64,000 nucleotides of DNA from Ascidiella aspersa (taxonomy: Eukaryota): contig OZ004615.1 in NCBI GenBank assembly GCA_963924565.1, forward strand, positions 18,228,001-18,292,000, read 5' to 3'. Position numbers and translations under genes: made by a program. Below are positions 23,772-38,700 of this stretch, piece after piece (within the stretch, counting starts at the first letter, position 1; the number at the start of each line of letters is the position of its first letter). Under the pieces are notes generated by a model, which saw nothing but the letters and a program-made list of their open reading frames with translations, had not been told where the DNA came from and did no database searches.

Positions 23772-26700
23772 GTAAGCAATTCTAGTTACTTCACCCTAAC
23801 CATGTTAGTACATTTGCCGGTGTATATGTAGAATGTTATAGTTAAACTAATAAATTAACTATATACAAGGTTAAAAAGGTGTACTTTTTGTTCTTTGATT
23901 GATTAGTACATTTGCTGTGGTATAAGTAGTATGTTATTAGTTAATCCAAAAAATCAACTGTACTAGAGATTAAAAAGGTGTACTTTGAGATCTCTAATGA
24001 ATTATTTGTATTAGTGCACTATAATTTCCAAAACAAAAATAAGTTTTCTGCTATGACACATTTCAACACATTCATAGCCATTTCCTTGTATTTAAAAACT
24101 CATTTTTAAATTATCTGTGGTTAATGTTTATCATTATCAGAAGCAAAATCGAATTCTATAAAATGTAACAGATATGAAAAAAAAAACACAATAAATTGTA
24201 ATTTTGTTTTATATAAACGATAGTTCTTCCTTTAAGTCACCTTCCATGATCTGTGGTTTTACTGGATATTAAAATAACCAGCATCTCAACCCGTCAAATG
24301 ATTCATTTCTGCCCCGAGTAGGTTCTTGGTCAGGAAGCCAGTGGGGAAGTTATCAAATTCCTATTGATTAGCTTTTTGTAAAGTGTGTAGCCTCCGCACA
24401 TTCGCTCTGTAATTTAATTACAGAAAATTTAATCAATCCACTGAAAAACTACCAAATATATTGTTTTGTTGTTGCAGTGTCTCAGGTGTAGGTAACATTT
24501 GTTTACTAGCAGGTAACTTTGATCATATCAATTATATTAGTATAAATTCGAGTAGATCTAGAGCCAAAACCAATAATTTTTTTTGCATAAAGTATAAACA
24601 TTATATATAAATATTTTTTTTGTTCTTCGAATCTATAGCTTTTTTATTATTTTTATACTGAAACCATAAAGTTTAAGTTAATATCTAGTACAAAATCTAC
24701 TCAACTTTTTCGGTATAGTTAAATGTTGTTTTTCATGAGGCGTCCCATATAAGCTATTTATATAAAATCCGTCAGATGCTTCAGATAGCTACCCTCTCTT
24801 GAACTGCCATGTTTTTTTGAGATCATAAGATTGCAGTGAGGATAATCGGCTCTTCACTGCTGTTTTTTGTTTATTTCGTGGACAGATATCCACGGCTTGC
24901 CGAGCCACCAAATGTCATGCGGTCAAGTGACGTCGGGTGTTTGGATCGTAAAGTACTGTGTACTGACAAACCAAAAGCTTTGGATGTTCGACCTCAAGCA
25001 ATCAAACAATGTAAGCCTGTGATCTATTAAATTGCTTAATTCTGTTTGGTGTTTTAAACAAGAAGTATGTGTTTAACAGGACACCGTCTAGCTTCAGCTT
25101 TTGTAACTTTTTTAGACTGTTTGCTCTGAGTGGATTAGTAAATACAAATATGTGTTTTGGTGCAACACACCAAAAGTTTCCATAAATAGAGTTCAATTAT
25201 GTACTCAAACTAGAATATTTTTTAAATATATCAAACCTGTTTTTCTTTAATGTACTGTAAGCATTTCTGAATCGTGTTCAAATTTGTTAATGATGTACCG
25301 TTGCAGTCAAACTTTATTTAAAGGTGTGGTAAAACCGGCTCTTGATTTTAAGTAAGGAGCGTCACTTGTTGTCAGATTTAGGTAGAGTGAGTCATTTATT
25401 GTGCTGTTCTATGTCAGTGCTATTTTAAACCCTAAGTTTTCTTTGTATATAATTAAAACAGTTCAGTTGTCGAATTCACATCGTTCAGCAGGCGTTTGCT
25501 ATTCAATAAAAATGTAACTATAGAAAAAAGTGTTTGTGTTTTGTCTTACCCTATTGGTGATTTGATACTTTGATCTAACATATAATAGATACATATTATT
25601 ATGCCAAAAAAGAGAGAAATGCTGGAAAAGATAAATACTGAACATAAATAAACAAAAAAACGTTTTAGGCCCTGTCAATTCAAAACGTTTGATTTTACTA
25701 CTAAGAAGTCTGATGAGTAGTACACAGGTTACATGTGGATAATCTGATTGTAGGTGATGCCTTGTATAGGTTTCTCTTTGTGTGAGATAAGCATGGGACA
25801 GATCTATCAATAATGCAAAAGACAGGCTACGTTTCAAGGCTTACAAAGTGGCGCACCAGGCAACTTAATTTCTACAGTGAATTGATTGTAGTGTCTAAGA
25901 GCATTTTACTTCATTGTTATTTTTATATAAAACGTTAGTCTTTTTATATAAAACTTTAATAAACTTGCATCATGGAATGTAAAATAATCTAATTAGTTGT
26001 TTGATTTCCGTCATATCAAGTTATTAAATTATAATCTGGCCACTACCTGCATTAGTTCCTTTTCAATTTTTCAAACCATCTTTGACACTCCAGGCGAAAT
26101 TTGTGGATTTGCGCTGAAAACACTGAAAGCAAAAAGGTAAACCACTTCAGCGAAGTTTTGCGCAGCAACTGGGTACTCGCAAACGCTCCGGTGGATAGCC
26201 TAAACGGGCGAACGATGATCTATGCGCGAGCACCGATCAACGCACGAAAAACCCACAGTCACCGCTGCACCTCCATTCCATAATGCACAGGGGATTCGGT
26301 GGTGGCGGTCGAAACGAGCCCGTCACTGTCAAAGCAGGGCCGGAAGACGGCCTGTGGATGCCGAATGTGGCTCGCCCGATCGTTTCCCTTCGGCAGCAGC
26401 GGCGCCCTTCGTTATTAGTACTAGACCTTCGTTCGCATTCCCTGTAATACGGCCTCTGTTGTGTTGTTGGCTGCGGTTTGCAGATTGTTGCGGGCGCAAT
26501 TGCAACTGGGACGGCCCTAGCTTTTCTGGGCGCCTTGCTGCTGCGTTTTTAAACGCAACTGCCTTTTTTGGCCGTGCTGTGTATTTGCTCGACTATGAAG
26601 TTTGGATGGTGTTCGAGAGAAACTCGATAATACCTCGCTAAAACTTTTAATTACCCAGCAGCAAGTCGCCCAAAAGAGAGCTAACTTTTCTCTTACGATT

Positions 26701-29700
26701 TTTGTAATTTAATCGTAAGAGAAAAGTTAACGTCAGATTAAGTAGTGTAGGAAAATATAGATGTTAGGTGTAATCTAGTTAGAATGAGATCATAATAGAG
26801 AAAAAACACGTGTGTGTGATTCTAAATGTGGAAGTGTACTTTAACGACATTCTTAAAAAACACTTGTTTCTCAGTTACAACCTAGACAGACTGTCCATGA
26901 AAATTGTTGTCGCGAAAGAGCGTTTTGCTTTAAAACGGTTTCTGTGGTCGAAGTTCTGCCGCTTATGAAACATTCCTTTTTTCCTATTCATATCATTCAA
27001 AGGTAAAGTTTCTTGTGTCCGGGTTTGTGCCTGTCAATGTGCCAAATGCAGATTACGAACAGAGATATGCGAATAGATGATGTATGTAGGCGCCCTTGTG
27101 CGGTATTGCACTGTGGTTAAGAATATTTGTATCGCAGCAAAGGCGTTTTTGTCATCCGGGTCATTACTCAAACAATTCGTATTCGCAAAACTTTGAGGCG
27201 TGAATTTTTATTGAATTTTACTTAACTTTCGAAAACTCTAGATTTTCAGTGATCGTATTTCCAGATAATGCTTTATAAAATGCGACCTTTGCTGTTGCAA
27301 AGATTATTTTGCTGTTACTGATCAGGAATTAAGGTCGACATTTATCTTGCAAGGGTCAAGGTGATTTCCATTATTCACATATCAAGTGCAACTTTGCTGT
27401 TGCATACAGGCTTCTATCACATCATGCTGTGCTGCGTTGCTCAACGAATATTACGATTGTAAACCGCCAACTACTTGTCATATTGAATTGCACATCCGCG
27501 ATTGCTGTCGACGGCAAAATATGGCTGCTCCCTTGGGTTACAATTGTTTACCTAAAGTGCGCGTTTCTCCGAATTTACAGAAAGCGAAACAGCCATCACC
27601 GCTGCTTGCCTCTTTATGGCACACCCAGATCGTTCACTGCGAGTAAACTTAAAACGCTTGTTGGCTCATGCAACTCCCTTTCCCGCGGTTGACCTTTATG
27701 ACCTGATCTTATGCTAAAGCTAAGAGGTCGGAGGTCAAATTGCCGCGACTGTGGCCGCTCCATTCGCGTTCTTACCGTTCACCATGCGACTATTCGCTGT
27801 GCTGTTTTCTGAAGTACGCTGTGTTTTTCAAACTTAGTACTAACATGCAAACGTCCGAATGTCAATTTGCCCTATCTGTGTGTTCTTACCCTTCGGGCCG
27901 TTGTTCCTAAACTGTGTTCGCCAAATCCAAAAAATGTACCGTCCGGATTTCAATGATTTAGCTCAGCATGGTCCAACTGCAGGCCCGCGGGCCAAAGTTG
28001 GCTCGCGAACTGATAGTCAGCTTTGGTTCAATCTGGCAATTTCACTTAATTTTTTGTTTTTTTTAATTTTTTGGTGTTGAAATTATTTCATAACTACCGT
28101 AACTGAACAAAGGTATACATTCCATAAAGTTAGTATATATGCCATAGAGCAGTGGTTCTCAACCTTTTTGTTCTCGCGACCCCCTTAAGTTTTCGATAAC
28201 TCGCGCGACCCCCCAATTCTTTACAAATTTACAAAACGGTTAGTCGTTAACAGCAGTGCAATCTGTCTGTAAATTCTATTTCTCTTTGCCAAAACGACAA
28301 GACCAACATTTTATTACCGGTATTCTGTGGATGTTTTGGAAAAGGCTATTTAAAATGTTATGATGCCGCTGAAAAGTAGAAATACTTTGCCTGTAACCTA
28401 TTGTAAACCTAGCACAAATTTTATTGTTACTTGGCCCAAATTTCAATTTGGAACTAAAAGCGCCATATACTACGCCTGACGCTTTAGTACTGCAGAAAAT
28501 TATTGCAGAAATACGCATCAAAATCGCGAACAATTTTTCAATTAACGTTGTTAAAGTTGGTATAAACAAAGTTTGTAGGCCTCGTGAGCCCGTGGTTTCA
28601 CTTCATCCCACAATGTTTCAAATCAATTCGGTCAAATTAGGACAGAAAGCTTACTGTCCTAATTATTTGCAAATCGTCGGACACAGCAGTTAAATTAGGA
28701 CAATTTATTGTTTTTGATTCAAATTTTAGGCCTTCTGGCAATCCTGATTTGAGCGTCCATTCATTTTTATTAGACATCGTTTGACTGAAGCTAAGTTTAA
28801 TTCATTATTGAAAAGTGTAATGGTGACGTCATTACCGCCACAGGTTCGCTGCAGCAAAAGCCGCACAAAGACAAATGTTAGACTGGCGGTTCTTTTGCTC
28901 AGGGCTGGGGAGCCACCGTAAAATAGCATTAGCTCCGGCTCCAGCTCCGGAGCCATCAGGCAATTATTAAATGGCTCCGGCTCCAGCTCCGGAGTCGTAA
29001 AACTCAATCCTTTGGCTCCGGCTCCGGAGTAGTAAAACTCATATCCTTTGGCTCCGGCTCCAGCTCCGGAGCCATCAAACACACATCCAATGATTCCGGC
29101 TCCAGCTCCGGTGCCACCAGTCACCTATTCAATGGCAAGTTTTAAAAATTGCTTCTGGCTAACTAACGTTGGAGATATAATTTCTTAGCTTTAGCACCAC
29201 AAATTGAAAAATGGCTCCAGCTCCACAAAAATAATAAAAAAGGCTCCGGCTCCACAAAAATAATAAAAATGGCTCCGGCTCCGGCTCCGGCTCCAGCTCC
29301 ACAAAAATAATAACAATGGCTCCGGCTCTGGCTCCAGAGAAAATGCTTAGCTCCGGGCTCCAGCTCCGGCTCCCCAGCCCTGCTTTTGCTCCTTATATAC
29401 TGCTAAACTGTTAGTTCATATTGCCTAATTCTTGTGATTATTTCCTTAATGAAATTGTACATGGCGACCCCCCCCCCCCCAGACAGCCCTTTGCGACCCC
29501 CCTTGGGGGTCGCGACCCCCAGGTTGAGAACCACTGCCATAGAGTAATAGACCATGTATAATTGGCCAGCAATAAGCCTAAGAATAGCAATTTAAAAACA
29601 TTGGCCCGCAAGATAAAATAAACCTTGTTTTTGGCCCGCGATGAAAATAAGTTGGACCGCCCTGATTTAGGTTGTTCGTTTTTTGTGGTCTGATGAGATG

Positions 29701-32700
29701 TCGTGAATGAAAACACGTGCATTTAACGCGAACATGCTTGCAACAGTGATTAGCTGAGTGGTTGTAAATGTGTTCTATTAGGGTTCCACTCTACTGAAAA
29801 GTTCGGAACCACTGACCAGAGGGTTAAGGCGGTAATTCAAAGCAAAGTACATGATATAAAGGTACCGAAATATCACTGAGCAGAAGCATTTCCTAACTGG
29901 TGTATTAATAGTCCCCCATCTTATCTGTCTGCTAAGAAGCCAATGTCGATATCTCGCGACAAACCTGTCAGTCCGTGCTGAGTTCAGCGATGATGTCACT
30001 TGTCCGTTTTGTGCGTTGTGCAATGACGCCGTCCATTATTTGTGATGCTTGTTTTTCAAGTTCAGTTTTTACATTTAAAAACACTTTCTGAGTAACGCAT
30101 TTTTCACCTATTGCGAGGATCTAAGAGTTACGTGTGATTTGTGAATGTATTGTGACAATGATTTAACGCCATGTCTCATTAATGCAAGTTTGGTTGACTA
30201 ATGAGTCAAATGACTTATGACAAAAGTGCCTTACCGAGTGTATTTGTATAAAAAAGTCAATCCGACTCAACGAACGTTGTTTTTAAAGCCCTAAAACAGT
30301 TTCGCTTCCATATACAGTTCATCAATTCATCATCATTAAGCGCATTTACTAAATTACTGCATAAACAAAACATTGCAGTTCAATGAAAACTGACGCTTGT
30401 TGTGGTATATGGTCAAAAAAAATACCTTTGTTTATCTTCTATCCTCGCAATGCATTGTAAAGGTAGACTTGGGTTTGTTAAAGGTGATAACCAATCACGC
30501 ACATCCCACAGTAATACACGTCAGTTAGGTTTCTCTTCCACCAGAAAAAGTGTTTTTTCTTGTAAAACCTTTCTTAGTGTCGAATGAACCCTCGTAATCC
30601 TGCCAAGTTAGATTGGAAGAAAATAGGCTAGAGCAGTGCTTCCCAGCCTTTTTCAGTTCGCGACCCACAATTATGACCAAACGAATGAAAAACAAATTAG
30701 TGAGAAAAGAAACAATGTATACACATGCAATTTAGTATTAAGGCAAAACTTGAGCTTGCATACTTAATTGTTACGTATTGTTGCATTGTTGCATAAATGT
30801 TACGAATGAGAATGCAATAATTTCCCGACCTAATGGAAAAATGTAACATTTAAAAATGCTTGACGACCCACCTGAAATAGCTTCGCGACCCACTGGTTGG
30901 GAAGCATTGGGTAGACTACATCAGTGTGCTGGGTGCGTGTTTAGCCTGCGTACCCTGTCGCGCGTTTTTCTATTACGTGCAACATAAAGCGCCGCGTCAA
31001 CCACAAAAACAAAAGCGTTTGTCAGACAACAACAATTGGTGGACAGAGACAGGGCGGCTTATTAATTGTCAGCAACCCGTAATGCCGAGTGACTGTGTTC
31101 ATATTCAATGAAACTGCCAGGCCCGATTTCAATGTGGCTTTCGTGCGTATCAGCTAAAAGCAAGGCAGTTTGTAGCTGCAGCAAACCATTGAAGTCCAAG
31201 GAGGGCTTTAGTCTTCGCCGTGAAACCAAACTTCGTTCCACGGCGAAATGAAATAGATAGTTAGATAGCTTGCAGTTGAAATGGTTAATTTAAGGCGTAA
31301 TTTGCGAAAGTTTCAGTTAATATCACGAATGCTATTTTTCTGTATTAGTGTTTACATTGGCGCTGACACCCGCGTTTATAAGGGAAAAGTTTTAAACAAA
31401 GGTTAGAGATCAACTGTGCGGGACTCCCCCGTCAAACTAAACTTGGCAAACCGATGTGACCGAACCCTGAACCCTCGAAGTTGTGCTCTTGGTCAGATGA
31501 GATCGACACTTAAAAAGCAGGCGATTCTCATATTTTTTCCTTGTATTTGGCGACCCGTAAATTGATACGTCCGAAAAATATAACAAAGCGTGTTTTATAT
31601 AATAGAAGCGGTCCTATAAATAAACTTTCCGCGCAGCAGCTGCCCATGGCATATTTTAAAGGCAAAACGAACGCAGATTGACGCACACGTGTCATTTTTA
31701 TTTGAAAAGGTTGGTGTTCATCCGGTTGCGCAGGTAACCATCCGGTTGAAACGTGACTCGTTGGTCATTAGGCACTGGTGTTGACGAGCTGTTCTGTGAC
31801 GCTTTTGGTAATTAGTCCGGTCGTTAGATAGACTTTGCTACGACTAAAGCCTATAGACAATTGTTCGGGGAATTGGCTACAAATTATTTTCCTGTCTTTT
31901 CTGTAGGTTTTTGTCAGCGGTGCGGGTTTCACTAGTTTCTGAAATAAGGATGACATTTCGTTTAAGATTCGTTGATATTTTTCCTTTTTATCTTATGAAA
32001 GATACTACATAATGTCGCTTAGTGAAGGAACGCTATAAAGTTAATCGCCGCGTCTTGAAAGATGTTGATTGGATTTTGGCTTGTTATTCGTATATTTTGT
32101 TTTTCATTTTGTCGTGTCAGCACAATCTTTTTTTTTTACGTACACTGATAACTGGGGGTATTTGGGTGATCGGAAAAGTTTAAAAACACAAGTTTAGCTC
32201 TTCGTCATAAACGAATTGCAATTTGTTTGGTGCCCGATTCATTTTTTCAACTGAATTATTCCACTGACCTTGTCTGGGCCGTATACTAACACGAACAGGG
32301 AAAGAACCCACGTCCAACGCAACACTAAACTCATTGCACGAAGTCTGGCCACCAGTGATGGACAACCGCTTCATGCTACACCTCATGGAAGAGCAAGCCC
32401 AGAGCTCAATCGGGTTACGGACGAACTAATTGCACGTTCTTTCGCGCAATCGTTGTTCGTGACAGACGTGTGGACACAAGGCACACTTGTCCGAATCGGA
32501 ATTCGCGCCGGGCAAATCACGTTCTTAGCGCCCGCGCCCGGGAGAAACGTAAACAAAAAAGAATGCAGAATGGAAATGCCTTTTCCGCCTTGAGCGAACG
32601 CCCCCGCGCCGATTTTACTGAAAAGAGTCTCAAGTCGTTGTATTTTGTTATTTGATTGAGGCAGAGTAGATCGCAAAGTGATCTTAGCCAAAGGCAAATC

Positions 32701-35700
32701 GATGCTACGCAAACTCAAAATTGTTGCCGCTTTTCCGCTGCTTTACTTAAAACAAAATCGGCGCTCTTAGTCTAGAAAAGACCAAGATCCCGTGGTATGA
32801 CAATCTTCACAGGATCACAAAACTAGAAACTGGAAAATCTGACATTTGTACATCGGCAAAACCCTGGCATTCTTTTTAGCCTTGCAAACCGGGGTGTTTG
32901 AGTTGATTTACGTGGTTCGGAGACTATATGCAGGTTCTCAGGAATCAGTCTACCGATACATATACAAGTTGCACAATTTTGCTCAGAAAGGATTGAAATG
33001 CCCAGTTTGCCTTTCTTTTCAAAACGAAGGCTGGTCAGGCTATTCTGCGGTTTAAATGATATGCAAATGGCCATATACAATTAGGAAGTGGGGCGTCCCT
33101 CCTTCCGGAGTAATTCCGCGATTGTTCGATGATCAGCGTTTTTCGACTGACTGTCAGTCTGAAAACTACCTGTTCAAGTTAGGAAGCAAAACCTGCTCGT
33201 CGAGCTAAACTTGCGGTTAATAGAAAGAAACTGCAGTGTACAAATGTGCTGTAGAAAACGTGTCAAGCTCGAATGGAAACGATTACGCCTTAATGTGGGT
33301 AACTTTCGTTCACGTGAGAAGAGTCCGGTCTCTTGTTCATTTTTTGCTATGATTAACAATTGTTGAGTCTGGCAGTTTCGACGATTGATGCTGGGAAGCA
33401 AAGAAATGACTAATTGTTATTTGTTTAAACAATCAACGCTCGTTATAGTCATTTGTTTTGACAAGTCTTTTGAATAAGTAACGTAAAACTTTATCGTAAA
33501 CCTGTTCAGGTTCAAAAATCAATCTAACCCGTTTACGATTATTATCTGTGTCCACCAAACTTACCTCCAATGTCTTGGAGGCCATACGATGACCACAACC
33601 CCACAGTAATAAATACTTGAAATATTTAAGTCACAGGTCTCTTACATGGTTAATAATGACAATAGCAGGAACAGAACGACGTACACGTCGCTTTTCCGTT
33701 AAACTTCTTTTATACTTTCTAACAACGTTGAATAAGGGAGATAGAGTACTATTCCTTATTTGTTTGCTCCTATTTTTTTTGGGAGCTGGAATCATCTTTA
33801 TGTTGTCGTGGTTGCGTCACTGACTCCGTGTTGATGTTTGGACGCCAGTGCCAGAAAAAAGGCAGGTGCATCATTTTGCTGGACGTGTGTTGTATTGACT
33901 CCTAAACACGTGACAGAGTGGCATCCGGAAAGGGCACTTCCTTCGATTTCAACTTCTTGTTTATGCTGACGCTACGTTTCAAAAGAAAGAGAGAAGGAGA
34001 GAGTTATAACAAGAGAAAAACGCGCTGCTTACACTGCTCATTCTCTCGGTGACGTAGCGATTGTGACGAAATAACGGGCGTGATTGTGCGCCGGGCGTCA
34101 CGCACACGCGCACCTCGTATTAATAAGGGGGAAATGCCGGCTTCGGTTTCGGCCCATAGTCAGGATGCGCCAGCTTTGATCGCACAGCGAGTAAAAGCAC
34201 ATGGGGAGCGCGTGCCCTGGTTGAAATGTTGGGTCACGATGTAAACAGGGTCCAGTTGTTTTTAGCCTGTACTCGATTAGGATTATAACACTCTTTTTTG
34301 CAGTTTAGTTTAAGCCTTTTGTAAGTTATCATAATTGCAGTAAAGAAAAACCGATCATAATTGCAGTAAAGAAAAGCGAGCAACGCAGGGCTTCCAGGTC
34401 AGGTCTTTGTCCATTTAGAAAGTCCAGTGAACTTGTATATACAGGCAATCCTATGAAAGATCACTATTCCAGGCCCTTATCGCTGGGTTAAATTTGCCGC
34501 TAGGTTTCCGCAAGCCTGAGCCCCAAATGAGTTATCCATTTGTTTCTGCATAGCTAGATTGCAGGCAGTGCTGTGCACTTTCCCAAACTGAGAGTCGAGA
34601 CTCTGCAGGGATTCGCACGACGTGTCTTAGTAGGCCTACATCAATTTGACACCAAGTTTAACATAAATATGTATTGTATTTTTTTTTTCGCCAAGGGTTG
34701 TGGAAACTATTCATGAACTAAAATTGGGTCCATATATTTCGATTATCGAATTGTATTGGTTTTATATTTTTAATTTTAGTAAAAGATGACAAAGACTTAA
34801 AAAAGTTTGGGAAGCACTGTTTTTGACAGTCTCGAATAAAACGCATTTGAACAGCCAAGAAAATCAAACCATTTCTTATGTTTTATTTAACCATGTTAAG
34901 TTCGCTACTTTGGCCTACCTATTTTAGGTCCTAGTCTGATTGTCCTTACTTACCGCGCCACTCTTGTAGCTTGGGAAATTGCGCAGAGCCCTGATGCAGT
35001 ACGTTTAATCGCACCGTTGCTAAATTTAACTCTCGCCTTTTTGCCATGTAAGATGGTCGCTCCGGTTGGCTACCTGATTGAGTCACAAAGGGTGCTATTG
35101 CATTGCAACCCTTATTTCAACGTGCTCGTATTGGATGTGTTAGCTAACTTTATTGATCAGCGTGTTTTTAAGTAAAACGTGTGAAGCTTTTTGGCCCCTT
35201 AGCTCTGTTTAGCTCAATCGTTTTTAATTGTTAAAAAAATAACATATATAAATCTAAGCCATTAATCCTTGGCATTATCTAGCTGGCACACTGTAACCTA
35301 TATGGCTATTTTTAACAAAGTGACCCGTAGAGGATTTGTTTGTTCGTATGGTAAATAGCGATGCGGGAAACAATAACTCGATACTCGTCTGCCGTTTAAC
35401 CCCGTGAAGGAAACAGGCAAACAGGAATCACAGCTAAGTCGCATATTTACATGTTTTTGTCAGACTCCGTTAGGCTCCGGTGCGTTGAAAACATCTCCTT
35501 TCACGAAACGTAATAAAAAATGGATCAATAAACATACCGAGACACATATCCCAGGGTTCGTGTGCTGTCAGTTTAAAGCCGTGGAATTTGTCACGTAAAC
35601 CTGCAGGAAAAAAACGAGGGTTTTAAATGACGTTCCATATTGCGGTCCTTGCATTCGATTCTTTGGTTTATTTTAAGTACGGAATCCGGAAATGATCAGC

Positions 35701-38700
35701 CTAAAATGAGGCTACCTTGATCTGTGTAATTATTTAGAAAAAATGAATAATTGTCTACCGGTACATATAATTGGAAAATAGTGCCTATAAATGATTCGAA
35801 ATATTGCCCAAAAATGATTAGAAATTAGTTCTTATAAATGATTTGAAATAATGCCCAAAAATGATTAGAAAATAGTGCCTATAAAAGTGACAAGCAGTCG
35901 ACCGTGTGGCGCTTTGATGTAATATGTTGCACGTAAGAGCCTATATGCAATTTGTCTTACCCGGAAACCTTGTAAACAAACAGGATGCGATTAGCCTTGT
36001 GGACTTGGGGTTTCATCGAGGCAGGAAGAGTGTCATGTGTTTGTACGTGCTCTGACAACACTGACAGAAGGTTTGTGGAAGTGATTCATAAACAGTATGG
36101 AACGACATGATGTGTAATGTAACTTGCATCAAGCTTGTTGCCAAAATGCGATTAGGAAAATAACAGTGGTAATTGTTTGATTAAAATATTTGCTGAAATT
36201 ACACTGTCACCGTGTTTGATCTAGTCAACTTTTAAAAAGATAACCTTTATGCCCATTGTCGCAAAAAAACTATCGTAGTATAGGAACTTGGGTTACATGT
36301 AGGGCCTACGCATATTAATGCAGCGCCCTACAATCTAACTTTAAAAATTTTACCAAAGCGTTAAAAAAGTATAGCTCAGCATCGCTATTTATAACTAACA
36401 TAGGTATAGTCAGCTCGCAAAACAGCCGACAGGCCCCCGGTCGTATTAAAACCGACTGAGGTTAGGTTTCTGGCGACAATGACGGAAGTTACATACACCC
36501 GCCGTTGATTGAATCTATATACCCCTTGCCGATTCGCCGGCTGTATGTTGGCTTATTAATAGCCTATACTATGATCGGCGTGCACAATCAGTGCGGTATG
36601 TTTTTGATAACGCCGCAGCAGTTTGCTGATTGATGGGACTTTCTGTGGCCTAGCGGTTGTCATTATTTTATGAACGGCCAAACGCTCCGTGAAAACCACA
36701 CTACCCGACCAAGGTCAGGTGGCTGCCGTGCCATTGTCTGATTTTGCTCCTAACTTTTGACTCGTGATGTCCGATAATATCGGATCAGAGCCGATACTCG
36801 ATATCAAGTGGTAGTGTCGGAGCTCGTCCGAAAGTTACAACCGGAGGTAACTAAAGTTCTCAACGCTTAAATAGATTGTGGCCTAATTACTTGAACATTG
36901 TTTTAGCATAGCAATGACGCCGTTTTCTATCGGATCGGATCGCGGTACTTTTGGGCCAAAATATCTGGTATCGTTAGTGGAATTAAAATCAAGTATCGGA
37001 CATTCCTACTTGTGAGTGGTTAGAAATCAAATTAGGGCACCAAGTCATTTTGCAGTGTAAAGGTAAGAATAATGCAGATACCACTAAAGCTGTAACGCTG
37101 GCTGATTACGCCTTGCATTTGCTATGCCTTTTTATCGCACGTTGACCAGGCTAAAGGTTATACAAAACCCTGCATTCGACTAGGACTGTCCGATGCGAAG
37201 CATTTTGTTCCGATATTAGATACTTTAAAGTTAAACTGAAACTAAGGCCCTCCCATCTAATACCAAATAATGTACTTACATTATGGCCAGAAAAGCAAAA
37301 TTGATAAAATAATAGCGTTTAACGGTATTCCGTTTTTAAGTTATTAAGCTAAAAATTTCTCTAGCTTTAGGAAGCTTAGTTACCTTCAGTTATTACTTCC
37401 TGTTTTCCAAGTTATTCTTTTAGGCCTTTCAAGGTAATAATTGATTTGTTCGATGGTAGCCAAATGCTGAAATAAACACAAGTTTAATTGGGTATCGGAT
37501 CTGTACCAGTTATATTGGCTTGCATCGGCAAGTACCGATAGTAGTACTTTATTAAGGGTATCCAACTGAAGTTGAGCATGTTCTACAAAGGAGAAACCTT
37601 TGATTGATTGTTAAACCTTAGCGATTTTTTGTCATCGGTTATGTTAAAGATTCGCCGCCAATTTTGTCCATGTTTTCTTCTGTAAACGAAAGGTGGCGTG
37701 CCCCCTTTTGCCGGATAGCGTCGAAACAATCGACAGAAGAAGTTGTTTTGTACACAACGCCAGCGCACGTCGGCACCGTAGGACCAGACGCTTCACAATT
37801 TGTGCAACTCGATTCGTAGTGAGATCTTGGCATTAGCGCTGCCACACTTTTCCTTAGTGAATACTCCTTGTTGTATAGCAACGACTGCGCAGCAAAATGT
37901 CGTATTTTAGGTATTCTGGAACCCCTAAACGCTATGGTTGACCAATTGGCTATTTATGATAGGGTAGACACGAAGAGTCGCTTATGGCATAATTTGTAAG
38001 TTTGGGCCGCGTATTGGATTTTTGCAAATCCTGGCTTTTAAACTTACACTCCAGACTGACAGAATATGATGCGCTAATCCCAATTTTAATAATAGACTTG
38101 TTTAAAAAACGAAATTAGTTAACTAGAAAAGTATGGCTCTAGAACCTTGAGCAGTATTGCAAGAAGTCGCGTGAACAGCGAGGGGCCAGCTGGTTGCTTT
38201 GTAAAGTTGTCCAAACAACTTCGGTGGCGTTACAGTGGTTCTCAACCTTTTATGGCTTGCGACACCCCTCAGAAATAATAAATAGTTTGCGGAACCCCTA
38301 CAAGATTTATCCCGACTTTCCGCTTTCCCTAATCCCGACTTTCCGCTTTGATTTTCAGCAGCCGCCATTGGCGCTCACTCGCGTAGTATAGTTTCCTCGT
38401 AACCTATAGAAGGCAGTAGGCAATTGGCGTATGCTGTTTTCGCTGCGAGCGTTCCGACAAAATGATGCGCACCACGAGCAAGACCAGCTACGACGAGAAC
38501 ACTTGCAGTGAGGAGACGGTCGGCTTTAGGCGCCGGTTCGGGGAAGTACCGCGCCGACACACTTACACCTGCGGTGATACGTCACCCGACATCGAAAAGC
38601 GCGGAAAGCTGAGGAGAAGATTCAGAAAGGTGGCCAGCGTTCCTGTGTTGTTTTTTTTGGTGTTTGCCTGCCGCTACCGATTCCGAAAGGGTGTTTTCCA

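Noticed and set aside
26101-26641. 139-aa GC-rich ORF as an exon or gag remnant
   Set aside because: No recognisable motif, no convincing splice sites and no LTR/PBS; more likely a regulatory CpG-rich block.
28726-29124. 132-aa GAGAG/PELEPE ORF
   Set aside because: Translation artefact of the hexamer repeats in the nested MITE.
32270-32718. Overlapping 107/111-aa ORFs (and similar ORFs at 43.1, 45.3, 51.7, 55.9, 57.3 and 61.7 kb)
   Set aside because: Mostly non-ATG starts, with no domain motifs or splice signals; expected by chance in GC-richer intronic DNA.
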